Below, piece after piece: positions 19,073 to 28,851 of a DNA stretch of 64,000 nt (position 1 is the stretch's first letter; every line of letters starts with the position of its first letter). Source of the stretch: Polyangiaceae bacterium (GTDB lineage: Bacteria > Myxococcota_A > Polyangia > Polyangiales > Polyangiaceae); assembly GCA_044376115.1 (NCBI GenBank), contig JBILLK010000027.1, positions 1 to 64,000 on the forward strand, given 5' to 3'. Both the position numbers and the translations under genes were made by a program. The notes under the pieces were generated by a model that did not search any database, was not told the DNA's origin, and was given only the letters and a program-made list of their open reading frames with translations.

Positions 19073-21556
19073 TTGAATAAGCGCGCAAGCCGCTGCCGTA
19101 GAATTTCGTCGAAACCGCTTTGGACCTTGCCGCCGCTTGGAGGTGCACGCTTTGTTTCGGCTGCTGCTCTCGTGGCGAGCGTCACAACGTCGCAAGTCGC
19201 AAGCGCTGATACCGTCCTCGTTTGGACGGGGGGCCAAAGCCATGGCGGCATCACCGCAGCGTCCTCCGCCCTGACCTCGCAAGGGCACAGCGTAACCACC
19301 AGCAGCACCTTCCCGAGCGACCTGTCGGCCTTCGACACGATCTGGGCGATGGACTTTTTCAACGGCCCCGATACGCCTGAAGAACGAACAACGGTGCTCG
19401 ACTTCTTGAGCCGCGGCGGTGGCATCATGGCTCAGACCGAGTGGTCCTGCTGTACGAACAGCCAAACCAATTGGAACACCGTCCATTCGCTGACGCTCAA
19501 TTCGCCCATCGTGATTAGCGGGTCGCAGGGCGTCTCTCAGGCCGCCTCGTTGAGCCTCGATAACCCGTTCGGTATTGGTACCACCCCCAACAACATCCCC
19601 TCCGTGGGTATCAATGCCACGGCGAATCTGACCTCGGTGCCCGCGGGGCGCACGCTTTACAGTTTGAACGGTTCCCCCGTCATTGCTGCGGTCGCGGGGA
19701 GCGATTTCATCTCCAACAAAGGCTGCCTGATCCAGAACACCGACATTGAGGTCTTTTCCACCTCAGGTACTCATACTCCAGCCCAGTTGATCCAGAACTT
19801 CCAGGCGTTCCTCGGCGATTGTGATCAGGATGGCACCAAGAATGCCGCCGACGTCTGTCCCCCCGGCGGGTGTGATGCCGACAGCGACGGCGTCCCCGAC
19901 GGCTCTGACAACTGCGTCAACGTTGCGAACGCGGCACAGACCGACACGAACAACGACGGCGAAGGGGATGACTGCGACCCGGACGACGACGGCGACAGTG
20001 TGGTCGACGTTTCGGATAACTGCGTGCTCAGCTCGAACTCCGACCAAGCGGACGCCGATAGCGATGGCGTGGGCGACGTATGCGAGGGAGATACCGACGC
20101 CGATGGCGTCATCGACGACAACGATAACTGTGTATCGGTGCAGAACCCTGGGCAGGAGGACACGAACTCCGATGCTGAAGGCGATGCCTGTGACGACGAC
20201 GACGACGGGGACTCCGTTCTCGACGTCAACGATAACTGCAGCGCGTACTCCAACTTGCATCAGGAAGACACCGACGGCGACGGCGACGGCGACGCTTGCG
20301 ACGTCGACGATGACGAGGACGGTGTTCTCGACTCGCACGACAATTGCGACGTGACCGAGAACGTCTCCCAGGCGGACTACAACGCTGACGGCGAGGGCGA
20401 CGCCTGCGACGATGACGACGACGGCGACGGTGTGCTCGACCACCTCGATAACTGCGCCCTCACGCCCAACGCCACGCAACCGGATGCCGACGGCGATCAG
20501 CTTGGTGATGCCTGTGACGACGATGACGACGCTGACGGCATCCTCGATATCGCCGACAACTGCGCTTTCACATCCAACAGCGATCAAAGCGACGTCGATA
20601 GCGATTTCGTCGGCGACGTCTGCGAAGGCGACTTCGATGGGGATGGGCGGATCGACGACTACGACAACTGCGTTGCTGTGCGCAACACCGATCAGGTGAA
20701 TCACGACGGCGATGAGTATGGCGACGAGTGTGACGACGACGACGATGACGATGGTAAGCTCGACGCCGACGACAACTGCGCGTTCACCTGGAATGTCGAC
20801 CAGGACGACGCCGATAACGATGGCGTCGGGAACGCCTGCGAAGGGGATATCGATTCGGATGGCGTTGTTGACGACCACGACAATTGCGTCGCTGTCCCGA
20901 ACTTCGGGCAGCAAGATCAAGACGCCGATGACGCAGGCGACGCCTGCGACACCGATGACGATGACGACGGCGTGCTCGACGGTCCCGACAACTGCGATCT
21001 GGACGCCAATCCCGGGCAAGAGGACGCCGACGGTGACCAAGCCGGCGATGCTTGCGACTCTGACGACGACGACGACGGTGTCGCTGACGGCGAAGACAAT
21101 TGCCCGGTCGATGCGAACGCTAGTCAGGCCGACGCAGATAGCGACGGCGTAGGCGATGCCTGCGACGAAAGCGGTCCGAGCGAAGGTGGCGGCGGCGCGG
21201 GCGAAGGCGGTGGCGATGAAGGCGGCGCCGGAGGAGCTTCGGAGGGCGGTCGTGGTGAAGGTGGTCGCGCTGAAGGCGGTCGCGATGAAGGCGGTCGCGA
21301 TGAAGGCGGTCGCGATGAAGGCGGTCGCGGTGAAGGCGCTAGCGGCGCCGGTACGGAGGTCGGCGCAGGCGCGAGTGGCGCCGGCGGTGAAAGCAGCGAA
21401 GGAGGCAGCGACGCCGACGACGGCTCAACCAGCGGCTCAACCAGCGGAACTGGCATCGGTTGCAACGCAGCTCCCGATTCCTCCACGAACGGCTGGGGAA
21501 CCGGTTTCCTTGCGGCAGCTCTCGCGGCGATTGGGCTCCGCCGCCGTCGTAAGTAG
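19073..21556 (+). CDS. Thrombospondin type 3 (Ca-binding) repeat surface protein with MYXO-CTERM-type anchor
   Basis: AGGAGG before TTG 19073; 12 DxDxDGxxDxxDNC units at ~36-aa period; Gly/Glu linker; GIGC + TM + RRRRK. Confidence 0.9.
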   Translation: MNKRASRCRRISSKPLWTLPPLGGARFVSAAALVASVTTSQVASADTVLVWTGGQSHGGITAASSALTSQGHSVTTSSTFPSDLSAFDTIWAMDFFNGPDTPEERTTVLDFLSRGGGIMAQTEWSCCTNSQTNWNTVHSLTLNSPIVISGSQGVSQAASLSLDNPFGIGTTPNNIPSVGINATANLTSVPAGRTLYSLNGSPVIAAVAGSDFISNKGCLIQNTDIEVFSTSGTHTPAQLIQNFQAFLGDCDQDGTKNAADVCPPGGCDADSDGVPDGSDNCVNVANAAQTDTNNDGEGDDCDPDDDGDSVVDVSDNCVLSSNSDQADADSDGVGDVCEGDTDADGVIDDNDNCVSVQNPGQEDTNSDAEGDACDDDDDGDSVLDVNDNCSAYSNLHQEDTDGDGDGDACDVDDDEDGVLDSHDNCDVTENVSQADYNADGEGDACDDDDDGDGVLDHLDNCALTPNATQPDADGDQLGDACDDDDDADGILDIADNCAFTSNSDQSDVDSDFVGDVCEGDFDGDGRIDDYDNCVAVRNTDQVNHDGDEYGDECDDDDDDDGKLDADDNCAFTWNVDQDDADNDGVGNACEGDIDSDGVVDDHDNCVAVPNFGQQDQDADDAGDACDTDDDDDGVLDGPDNCDLDANPGQEDADGDQAGDACDSDDDDDGVADGEDNCPVDANASQADADSDGVGDACDESGPSEGGGGAGEGGGDEGGAGGASEGGRGEGGRAEGGRDEGGRDEGGRDEGGRGEGASGAGTEVGAGASGAGGESSEGGSDADDGSTSGSTSGTGIGCNAAPDSSTNGWGTGFLAAALAAIGLRRRRK
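21242..21331 (+). repeat. Coding 15-bp tandem repeat (EGGRx x6)
   Basis: GAAGGCGGTCGCGAT units, three of them identical. Confidence 0.85.
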
Positions 21557-21562
21557 TTGAAC

Positions 21563-21598
21563 GCCGCTAGGCGCGCTCAATCGAGCGCGTTTAGCGGC
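21563..21598. terminator. Hairpin between convergent genes, possible bidirectional terminator
   Basis: GCCGCTAGGCGCGCTC-AATC-GAGCGCGTTTAGCGGC, 16-bp stem with two G-U pairs. Confidence 0.6.
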
Positions 21599-22121
21599 TG
21601 ATGACGAGCTCTTGGTAGCGCGTACGCTGACCGCACTCGTCGGGCGTGAAGTCCGGTGTGAAGGTGCCTTCGGCTACGCGCTTTCCTTTTTCTGAGATCG
21701 TCACGCGCAGCTGCTTCGACTCTCCTTCACGCTCGATGCTCGAGAGTGAGCCGTCGGAGAATGTGCCACCGAGCATGACCAACTTGCAGGTCGTCGCTTG
21801 CTGTTGTTGGCCCATCATCACCACGCCGCCTCCCTCGACGGCCGGGTTGGGCTTCCCGAGCGTGATCGTGCAGCTCTCCTGTTGCCCATCGACCGAAACC
21901 TCCAGCTCGAACACGGCGGGACCCGCGAGGCCGGGCTTGAAGAGGAAGCTGGCGCTGGTGCGTTGCGGCAGACTGGGGCAGGGGCGGTCAGCGCCACGAG
22001 CGCCTTTGGACTCCGACCTTTCGGGTGGGTCATCCGAGGCATCCGCCGAGGCGGAGTAGCCAACTGCGGAGCCGCTGGAACAAGAGACCGTTAGCAAGAG
22101 CAACAGCGCGACCTTCGACAT
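21591..22121 (-). CDS. Hypothetical lipoprotein
   Basis: MSKVALLLLLTVSC lipobox; four further Cys. Confidence 0.7.
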   Translation of the reverse strand: MSKVALLLLLTVSCSSGSAVGYSASADASDDPPERSESKGARGADRPCPSLPQRTSASFLFKPGLAGPAVFELEVSVDGQQESCTITLGKPNPAVEGGGVVMMGQQQQATTCKLVMLGGTFSDGSLSSIEREGESKQLRVTISEKGKRVAEGTFTPDFTPDECGQRTRYQELVISR

Positions 22122-22278
22122 GGGGGAGACCTCGCCCGTTAGACGTGCGGTGGCTAGCGTCGAAGCGCCGCTAGAAATCACGGTGAAATCGGTAGTGCTT
22201 GCCGCCTAAGCTTCGTCTGCTATACAAGACTTCATTCCGTTTAAGCGGATAGTTGGCCGCGAGGCCGATGGAGGATGT

Positions 22279-22932
22279 ATGGCAGAGAAGACGATCACCG
22301 ACGAGCTGCTCGACAATAACCGCTCCTATGCGAATGGTCAGGGCAAACATCGGCCGGAACATCCGGGCAAGCAGCCGATTCGTCCCGCGCGGCGGGTGGC
22401 CGTCGTTGCGTGTATGGATGCGCGGCTCGCTGTGGAGGATCTGCTCGGCCTCCAGACCGGTGAAGCGCACATCATCCGCAATGCTGGAGGTGTCGTCGCT
22501 GAAGACACCATTCGCTCGCTCGTGATCTCGCATCACCTGCTCGATACGCGGGAGATCATCCTGATCCACCATACGCGTTGCGGCATGCTCGCCTTTACCG
22601 ACGATCTGCTGAAGTCCGGCCTGGAGGGCGAGCCGGGCGCAGCCGCCCTGCTGTCCAAGGCCACCGGCCGGGACTTCGTGCCAACGCGCACGTCGTCGAG
22701 CTCGCCCGCGGCATTCCACGCCTTCCGCGGCCCAATCGAGCCGCTCGATCGCGAGCACGGCGCTGAGGCGCAAGCTCGTCTCGAGTGGGACGTGCGTCGG
22801 AGCATCTCGTCGATCGTCGAGCACCCGTGGATCCCGACCTCCGGCTCCGACGCCGTCAGCGTGCGTGGCTTCATCTACGACGTAGATACGGCGCTGCTCT
22901 CCGAGGTCGAGTATCCGGGGGCGATCGGCTGA
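22279..22932 (+). CDS. Beta-class carbonic anhydrase (clade D / Cab type)
   Basis: [37 protein letters not shown]. Confidence 0.93.
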   Translation: MAEKTITDELLDNNRSYANGQGKHRPEHPGKQPIRPARRVAVVACMDARLAVEDLLGLQTGEAHIIRNAGGVVAEDTIRSLVISHHLLDTREIILIHHTRCGMLAFTDDLLKSGLEGEPGAAALLSKATGRDFVPTRTSSSSPAAFHAFRGPIEPLDREHGAEAQARLEWDVRRSISSIVEHPWIPTSGSDAVSVRGFIYDVDTALLSEVEYPGAIG

Positions 22933-22951
22933 GGCGGGCAGTCCGCATGGG

Positions 22952-23530
22952 TCACTGCAGTGGGAACGGCGTCAGTACGTAGTCTCGCCCTGCAACATGG
23001 CAATCAACGCACAGCCCGACGCCAAAGTCGGCTGCGACGGGGGAGGAAGCATTGGTCACGCTGAAGTTCTCGTACCAGAACCAATTGTCGCCCTCCGCGC
23101 TGTCATCGCTGGTCTTGACGAAGGTGGCCCAGCCGCGCAGTTCCCCGGCCGAGTACAGCTCCTTCACCGAGGCCGAGCCAGCGGGGTGGCTTGAAGCGCC
23201 GTCCGCGAGCGAGCCAAGCAGCGTGTCATTGACGAAGGTGCGCACGTCGCCACCATGCGGTCCAGCCGAAGGATGAATGGCGGACTCGGATTCCCAGTCC
23301 AGATAAGAGCCATCGGCCAACCATGTGAACAAGGCTGCTGAGTCGGTGGGCGGAAGCGAGCCCGCGCTGTTTCCGCCGGTGTCGCTGGTGCTTCCAGAGC
23401 TGTTGGTTTGTGCGCCCTGGCCCGAGCTGGCGCCGCCTCCGCCGCCTTCGGTCGAGGCGCCCCCCGTGAGTTCCTCCTCGTTACCGCAGGCTATTGAGCC
23501 GAGAACCACTGCAAGCATCCAGCGCATCAT
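22952..23530 (-). CDS. Cytochrome P460 family lipoprotein
   Basis: PHG..VRTFVN, P.GSASVKELY, WFWYE, C-terminal CVDCH; lipobox SIAC. Confidence 0.82.
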   Translation of the reverse strand: MMRWMLAVVLGSIACGNEEELTGGASTEGGGGGASSGQGAQTNSSGSTSDTGGNSAGSLPPTDSAALFTWLADGSYLDWESESAIHPSAGPHGGDVRTFVNDTLLGSLADGASSHPAGSASVKELYSAGELRGWATFVKTSDDSAEGDNWFWYENFSVTNASSPVAADFGVGLCVDCHVAGRDYVLTPFPLQ

Positions 23531-23671
23531 GGGGGCCCAGTACGTGCGCAACGCGAAGTCGTTTCAGGTTGCTAGCCCAATCCACTCTGCGGCCACAGGA
23601 CGTGAGCGCTTGCCGCAGCTACGCGCATAGGCGCTGGTACGCCAACGCGGTTTGCTGCATGCTCGCCCGCG

Positions 23672-24142
23672 ATGAACGAGAACTCGGCGTCTTTGCCTTC
23701 GGATTCACGCGAGCAGTCGAAGAGCCTGCGAAGCGGCATACAGATCGTCGAGGCGTTCCTTGCCGCAGCGACGAGGCTCGACATGGATGCGGCCTTCGCC
23801 TACCTGGCCGACGATATCGAGTATCAAAACGTCCCGTTGCCGCCTGACCGAGGTCGCAAGAACGTGGAGCGAACGCTGCGCGCTTTCATGAAGGTCGCCA
23901 ACGTCTTCGAGGTCAAAATGCACCACATCGCCGAAGCCGACGGTGTGGTGCTGACCGAGCGTACCGACACGTTGCGAGGCCCTCTGCTCGATACCGAGTT
24001 CTGGGTGTGCGGCACCTTCATCATTCGCGATGGACGCATCGCGGTCTGGCGCGATCGCTTCGACGTCGGGCAGGTCACCGCGCAGATCCTCCTGTCACCG
24101 CTGCGTAAGATGGCGCGTGGTGTGGGGTTGCTCGGTCGCTGA
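23672..24142 (+). CDS. Limonene-1,2-epoxide hydrolase family protein
   Basis: YQNVP, VLTERTD, FWVCGTF, WRDRFD. Confidence 0.92.
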   Translation: MNENSASLPSDSREQSKSLRSGIQIVEAFLAAATRLDMDAAFAYLADDIEYQNVPLPPDRGRKNVERTLRAFMKVANVFEVKMHHIAEADGVVLTERTDTLRGPLLDTEFWVCGTFIIRDGRIAVWRDRFDVGQVTAQILLSPLRKMARGVGLLGR

Positions 24143-24161
24143 GTTCGGGGTCGCGACGCGT

Positions 24162-25079
24162 ATGCTCAATCGTAGAGACCTGACGTTGGGCGCTACGGCG
24201 ATGGCGCTCGCGGCTTGCGTGGATGGCGTCTCGCCCGAGCCAGCGGCGCCGGCGACGGAGCTCACTCGCTTGGAGGCGGCGCTGGCCGAGCTCGAAGCGC
24301 AGGCCGGCGGTCGGCTCGGCGCGTTCGTGCTCGATACGGGCAACGGGCAATCGTTCGGCTGGCGGCAGTCGGAGCGCTTTGGCATGTGTTCCACCTTCAA
24401 GCTCAGCTTGGCGGCCTTCCTGCTCCGCGAGAGCGACGCCGGTCACATCGATTTGAACGAGGTCATTCCGTACACCGAGGCGGACCTCATGTTCGTTTCC
24501 CCGGTCACCAAAGAGAACGTCGCACGTGGCGGGATGACGATCGTCGCTTTGGCCGAAGCGACGCAGATCACCAGCGATAACGCCGCCGCCAATCTGCTGC
24601 TCAAGCGCATCGGCGGCCCCGAAAAGATCACCGCCTTCTGGCGTGAGCTCGGCGACGTGGATTCGCGGTTGGATCGTTATGAGCCTGAACTCAACCTGGT
24701 GCCCCCAGGCGAACAACGCGACACGATCACGCCAGCGGGCATCGCGCGCAGTGTGGCTGCCTTCGTCGTCGGCGATGCGTTGAAAGCCGAGAGTCGCGCC
24801 CTCTTGCGCAAGTGGATGGCCGATACCAAGACCGGCCTACGCCGGATTCGCGCTGCGTTACCACCCGGTTGGGAGGCGGGGGACAAGACAGGCACCGGCA
24901 ACTTCCGCGGCCAAGGGAACAAGTACAACGACCTCGCGGTGCTCTACCCGCCAGCGAACCGAGCGCCGTTGGTCGTGATCGCCTGTTATGAAGCGCGCGA
25001 GTATTTCGACGGTATGAAGCTGGAGGACGAGACCGTGTTACGTCGTGTCGGGGAGCTAGCGGTGCAATGGGTGAGCTGA
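24162..25079 (+). CDS. bla: Class A beta-lactamase (Tat-like RR signal, lipobox)
   Basis: ERF.MCSTFK (SxxK), SDN, LDRYEPELN (E166/N170), DKTGTG; signal MLNRRDL...LAAC. Confidence 0.95.
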   Translation: MLNRRDLTLGATAMALAACVDGVSPEPAAPATELTRLEAALAELEAQAGGRLGAFVLDTGNGQSFGWRQSERFGMCSTFKLSLAAFLLRESDAGHIDLNEVIPYTEADLMFVSPVTKENVARGGMTIVALAEATQITSDNAAANLLLKRIGGPEKITAFWRELGDVDSRLDRYEPELNLVPPGEQRDTITPAGIARSVAAFVVGDALKAESRALLRKWMADTKTGLRRIRAALPPGWEAGDKTGTGNFRGQGNKYNDLAVLYPPANRAPLVVIACYEAREYFDGMKLEDETVLRRVGELAVQWVS

Positions 25080-25588
25080 GTCTGCGCAGCATGGAGCCTG
25101 CGGATGTCCCGGCCTTGTCGCGCTTGGCGGTCGCGAGCTTCGTCGCCAAATTTGGCTCGCTTTATCGGCCGTCGGACCTGAAGGCGTTCTTGGAGGAGAG
25201 CCTGTCGGAAGCGGCGGTGGCGGCCGATCTGGCCAGCCCGAAGTTGCTCTACCACCTTGCTGAGCGGGGCGGCGAGCTCGTGGGCTTCGTCAAGATCGGC
25301 CTCGTTTGCGGCTTCCCTGAGCATGCGCGCGGGTCCAAGGCGATGGAGCTGAAGCAGCTTTATACGGCCCCGCAAGCCACGGGCGGCGGCATCGGTTCGG
25401 CGCTGATGGACTGGGCGATGGAGCAGTTCCGCGCGCGCGGCGCGGACGAGGTGCAGCTCTCGGTTTACGCGTACAATGACGGCGCTCATCGCTTCTACCG
25501 TCGCTACGGGTTCGACAAGGTGGCCGACATCACCTTCCGTGTGGGAGAGCACCTCGATCCTGAGTTCCTGTTCGCCCGGCTCTTGTGA
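25067..25588 (+). CDS. GNAT family N-acetyltransferase
   Basis: ELKQLY, GGGIGSALM, LSV...N..A.RFY.RYGF; 13-bp overlap with bla. Confidence 0.92.
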   Translation: MGELSLRSMEPADVPALSRLAVASFVAKFGSLYRPSDLKAFLEESLSEAAVAADLASPKLLYHLAERGGELVGFVKIGLVCGFPEHARGSKAMELKQLYTAPQATGGGIGSALMDWAMEQFRARGADEVQLSVYAYNDGAHRFYRRYGFDKVADITFRVGEHLDPEFLFARLL

Positions 25589-25667
25589 GCATCGCTGTGC
25601 AACTGCGCGGCGCAACGACCGCTTGTTTCGCTTACCATCCGGCTCGCGAGGCGGGGACCTCGCGATC

Positions 25668-27356
25668 ATGAGCTCGCCCAACCCAGTGCTTCCGCGCGCC
25701 GAGACCTTGCGTCTCTGGCAGCGCTTCCACTTCCGCCTGACCATGCTTTACGGCGGGGTCGTGCTGCTGCTGCTCGCGCTGATGGGCGGCATCTTCTACT
25801 GGCGCGCGGTCGACGCTGAAGTGCGCGGTTTGCAAGGTCGGTTGCGCGCCGCGGCGATCTCGATCGCCAGCGGTATCACCGCCGAGGAGGTCAATCTCAT
25901 CTCCGCAGGCGGTCCCGAAGGCGAGGCCATGTACCGCCTCAAGGTCGCGCGCTTTGCGGCTGTGTGCGAGGCAGAGCCGGAGATCACCAGCATCTACTTG
26001 TTGCGCCCAACCGATCGTGAAGGCTGGTTCGCCTTCGTGGCCGATCACGTATCGAACGGCCATACCGCGCCCGCGACGGTCGGGCAGCTCTATGACGTCA
26101 CGCGCACACCGGGTGCCACGCGCTCGCTCGCAGGGCCTGTGGTCGAGAAGGAGCCGTACACCGATGAATGGGGCACGGTGCTCACCGGCTACGCGCCCAT
26201 CCTCGACGCAAACGGCAAGGCCGTAGCCATCGTCGGAGTCGACGTCTTCGCCACGCGTATCGACACCATGCGCAACCAGGTGCTGGTGGTCACGGTGGTG
26301 CTGTTCGGCCTGGCGGCGGTATTGGTCGCGCTGCTCTCCGGCGTGGTCGCGCGCAACGTGCGCAAGCCACTCTCACGCATCATCCAAGCAACCACGTCGG
26401 TAGCCGAAGGGAACTTCGACGTGCGCGCCGGGATGGACCGCAAAGACGAGTTCGGCATCTTGGGCGATCAGTTCGATGCGATGGCGGAGGGCCTGAGCGA
26501 ACGCGCGTTCATCAAAGAGACCTTCGGTGCGTACGTATCGCCCGAGGTCGTGCGCAAGGTGCTCGAGCGCCGCGAGTCGGCAGTGGCCGGCGAGCGTCGA
26601 CGGGTCACGGTGCTGTTCGCCGATCTGCGTGAGTTCACCTCGCTCAGCGAGCGCCTTCCGCCGGAGAAGGTGGTGGCCATCCTCAACGACTACCTGGAGC
26701 GGATGACGCGGGTGATCGGTGAACGTGGCGGTCGCGTCGACAAGTTCATCGGTGACGCGATCATGGCGGATTGGGGTGCGCTCTACGAAATCGAGCTGCC
26801 CGAGCGCTCTGCCGTCGCGGCGGCGCTGGCGATGGTGAAAGCGCTGGCCGCCTTCAACCAAGAGGTGAAGAGCGAGCGGCCGCTGCAAGTGGGGATTGGC
26901 CTGCATTGTGGGGAGGTCGTCGCGGGCAGCATCGGTTCGGCCAAGAAGCTCGAGTTCACCATTATCGGTGATGCGGTCAACGTCGCATCTCGGCTCGAAG
27001 GCGTGACCAAACGCTACGGCGCAGCCATCGTCGCTTCTCGTCCAGTGATCGAGAGCGCCGGGGACGTCTGCGTCAGCCGCCTGCTGGACCGCGCCACCGT
27101 CGCCGGGCGGGAAGAGGCCACCGAGCTTTTCGAGATCCTGGACCCCCAAGATCCGCGCGCCGCGCGGCTGCCGCTTTGGGAACGCGCCATGGATCACTAC
27201 TTCGCCAAGCGCTTCGGGGAGGCGGCAGACGACTTCGAACTGGCGGCCGAAGAGCTCGAGGACCCGGCAGCGCGGTACCAAATCGAGCGTTGCCGCGAGC
27301 TGGATGAGAGCCCGCCGAACTCGCGGTGGACGGGCGTTGCGCGGCTGAGGAAGTGA
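25668..27356 (+). CDS. Membrane class III adenylate cyclase (TM-sensor-TM-HAMP-cyclase)
   Basis: Two TMs, YTDEWG sensor motif, DEFG HAMP, VLFADLREFT, DKFIGDAIMA, FTIIGDAVNVASRLE. Confidence 0.93.
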   Translation: MSSPNPVLPRAETLRLWQRFHFRLTMLYGGVVLLLLALMGGIFYWRAVDAEVRGLQGRLRAAAISIASGITAEEVNLISAGGPEGEAMYRLKVARFAAVCEAEPEITSIYLLRPTDREGWFAFVADHVSNGHTAPATVGQLYDVTRTPGATRSLAGPVVEKEPYTDEWGTVLTGYAPILDANGKAVAIVGVDVFATRIDTMRNQVLVVTVVLFGLAAVLVALLSGVVARNVRKPLSRIIQATTSVAEGNFDVRAGMDRKDEFGILGDQFDAMAEGLSERAFIKETFGAYVSPEVVRKVLERRESAVAGERRRVTVLFADLREFTSLSERLPPEKVVAILNDYLERMTRVIGERGGRVDKFIGDAIMADWGALYEIELPERSAVAAALAMVKALAAFNQEVKSERPLQVGIGLHCGEVVAGSIGSAKKLEFTIIGDAVNVASRLEGVTKRYGAAIVASRPVIESAGDVCVSRLLDRATVAGREEATELFEILDPQDPRAARLPLWERAMDHYFAKRFGEAADDFELAAEELEDPAARYQIERCRELDESPPNSRWTGVARLRK

Positions 27357-27417
27357 CGCCTATCCGGGTATGTAAGCCGCTGGGAGTTTGCTCGGCGCCG
27401 TGCCACCATGAGCGGTT

Positions 27418-28704
27418 GTGACGATCGCGAGGTTCTCTTTTCTATTCAGCCTGACGCTCGGTTGTCTCGAGCTGAACTACGGCTGGGGCGGCTCTGCCGG
27501 AGACGGTAGCGGCGGTGTCGGCGCCGGCGCTGGCGCTGCGACCGGGGGCTCGGCGGGAATGCCAACGTCCGGCGGTGGTGGCAGTGGTGGCAGCGGAGGA
27601 GCGCCCTGTGTTCCCACGGAGGAGACCTGCAACGGGCTCGACGACGATTGCGACGGTGTCGCCGACGAGCCGGATTCCGGCTCCGGCGAGGCCTGCGGCT
27701 GCACCTGGCTCACGTGGAGCGACCGTCTCTACGCCGCTTGCACGACGGTAGGCGACTTCGATCAGCTCACCTGTCCAGCCGGTACGGATCTGGTCGTGCT
27801 CGGTTCAGCCGAAGAGCAGGCCGCGCTCTATGTGCTCGTCCCCGACCTTGGCACCGCGGCCTTCATCGGTCTTCGCCAGGACGACGACGCAGCCCAAACG
27901 GCGGTGGGATGGCGTTGGGTCGGTCGCGAGAATGGTGCGCTGGTAAAACGGGATGGCCCTCTTCCGCCCTGGAGTTCGGACCAACCCAATGACCGCGCGC
28001 CGCAGGTCGAGAATGAGCCGGTTGCGCTCGAAGACGGTCGTGAGAACTGCGGCTTTCTCTTCCGCACCCCCAGCGGAGAGGAGACGATGACCGACGGCGC
28101 TTGTTCGGGCCCGGGCGTTACTCGCGTCCTTTGCGAGCAGCAGCCCGACAATTGCAGCTCGGGTGTAGCGTGCCACGGGGTGCTCGGTTGTCCCGGCGTT
28201 CTCGACTGCACGATGCCCGAGGGGGAGCGTTGTGTCCCGTCTCCCAGCGAAGAGCTTTGCAACGGCTTCGACGACAACTGCGACGGCGTGCTCGATGATC
28301 CGGTCTGCGGTTGTGTGACCTTCACCGACGATTCGACTGGGCGGGCCTACAAGCGCTGTTTGGCCAGCGTCGTGATTGAAGCTGCAGCGTGTGGCCCGGG
28401 CTTTCGGCTCGCTGCGCCCGGGAGCGAGAGTGAGCTCATGTTCCTCGAGGAGAGCGAGGCCGGATTTGAAGGCCACCACGTAGGCATCGTGCAGCGGCTC
28501 GGGTCGATGGCCTCCGAGGACGGTTGGGCGTTGCTCGATGGGACGCCAATCCCCGCGACGTTCTGGTCTGACAGCGAGCCGAACGAAGGTGGGCTGGGCA
28601 AGGAGAGCGACTTGCAAAACTGTGCTCGTCTCACCGCGCTTGGCCTTCGCGACGGCGAGTGTGGCTCGCAACAGAACGGCTACTTCTGCGAACAGATCCC
28701 CTGA
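27418..28704 (+). CDS. Lipoprotein with two [metal-binding repeat + C-type-lectin-like] modules
   Basis: E.CNG.DD.CDG twice, each followed by a lectin-like domain (FIGL/HVGI, W....QPN or EPN, ENC/QNC, D..C, .CEQ). Confidence 0.75.
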   Translation: MTIARFSFLFSLTLGCLELNYGWGGSAGDGSGGVGAGAGAATGGSAGMPTSGGGGSGGSGGAPCVPTEETCNGLDDDCDGVADEPDSGSGEACGCTWLTWSDRLYAACTTVGDFDQLTCPAGTDLVVLGSAEEQAALYVLVPDLGTAAFIGLRQDDDAAQTAVGWRWVGRENGALVKRDGPLPPWSSDQPNDRAPQVENEPVALEDGRENCGFLFRTPSGEETMTDGACSGPGVTRVLCEQQPDNCSSGVACHGVLGCPGVLDCTMPEGERCVPSPSEELCNGFDDNCDGVLDDPVCGCVTFTDDSTGRAYKRCLASVVIEAAACGPGFRLAAPGSESELMFLEESEAGFEGHHVGIVQRLGSMASEDGWALLDGTPIPATFWSDSEPNEGGLGKESDLQNCARLTALGLRDGECGSQQNGYFCEQIP

Positions 28705-28851
28705 GCGTCCGCCCGCCCAAGTGCGACAACGACGGGGCAGTGCGTGACGCCAATGCGACCACCCTGTCCCACGGCAGCTCACCGATTGGCCGAATCCTCG
28801 AGGATTGAGTGACCCTCTGACTGGCACGCGTTGTGTATTGCAAACGTGGCG

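Noticed and set aside
19763..21040. Long antisense ORFs (also 28879-30441, 45453-46478, 60520-61437 and others)
   Set aside because: Shadow frames of well-supported genes, expected at high GC; no motifs
17200..21556. traA/traB kin-recognition locus
   Set aside because: No PA14-like plus Cys-repeat TraA and no beta-barrel/OmpA TraB architecture
24162..25079. Class A carbapenemase
   Set aside because: Cys69 is present but position 238 is Gly (KTGTG), so the C69-C238 disulfide cannot form
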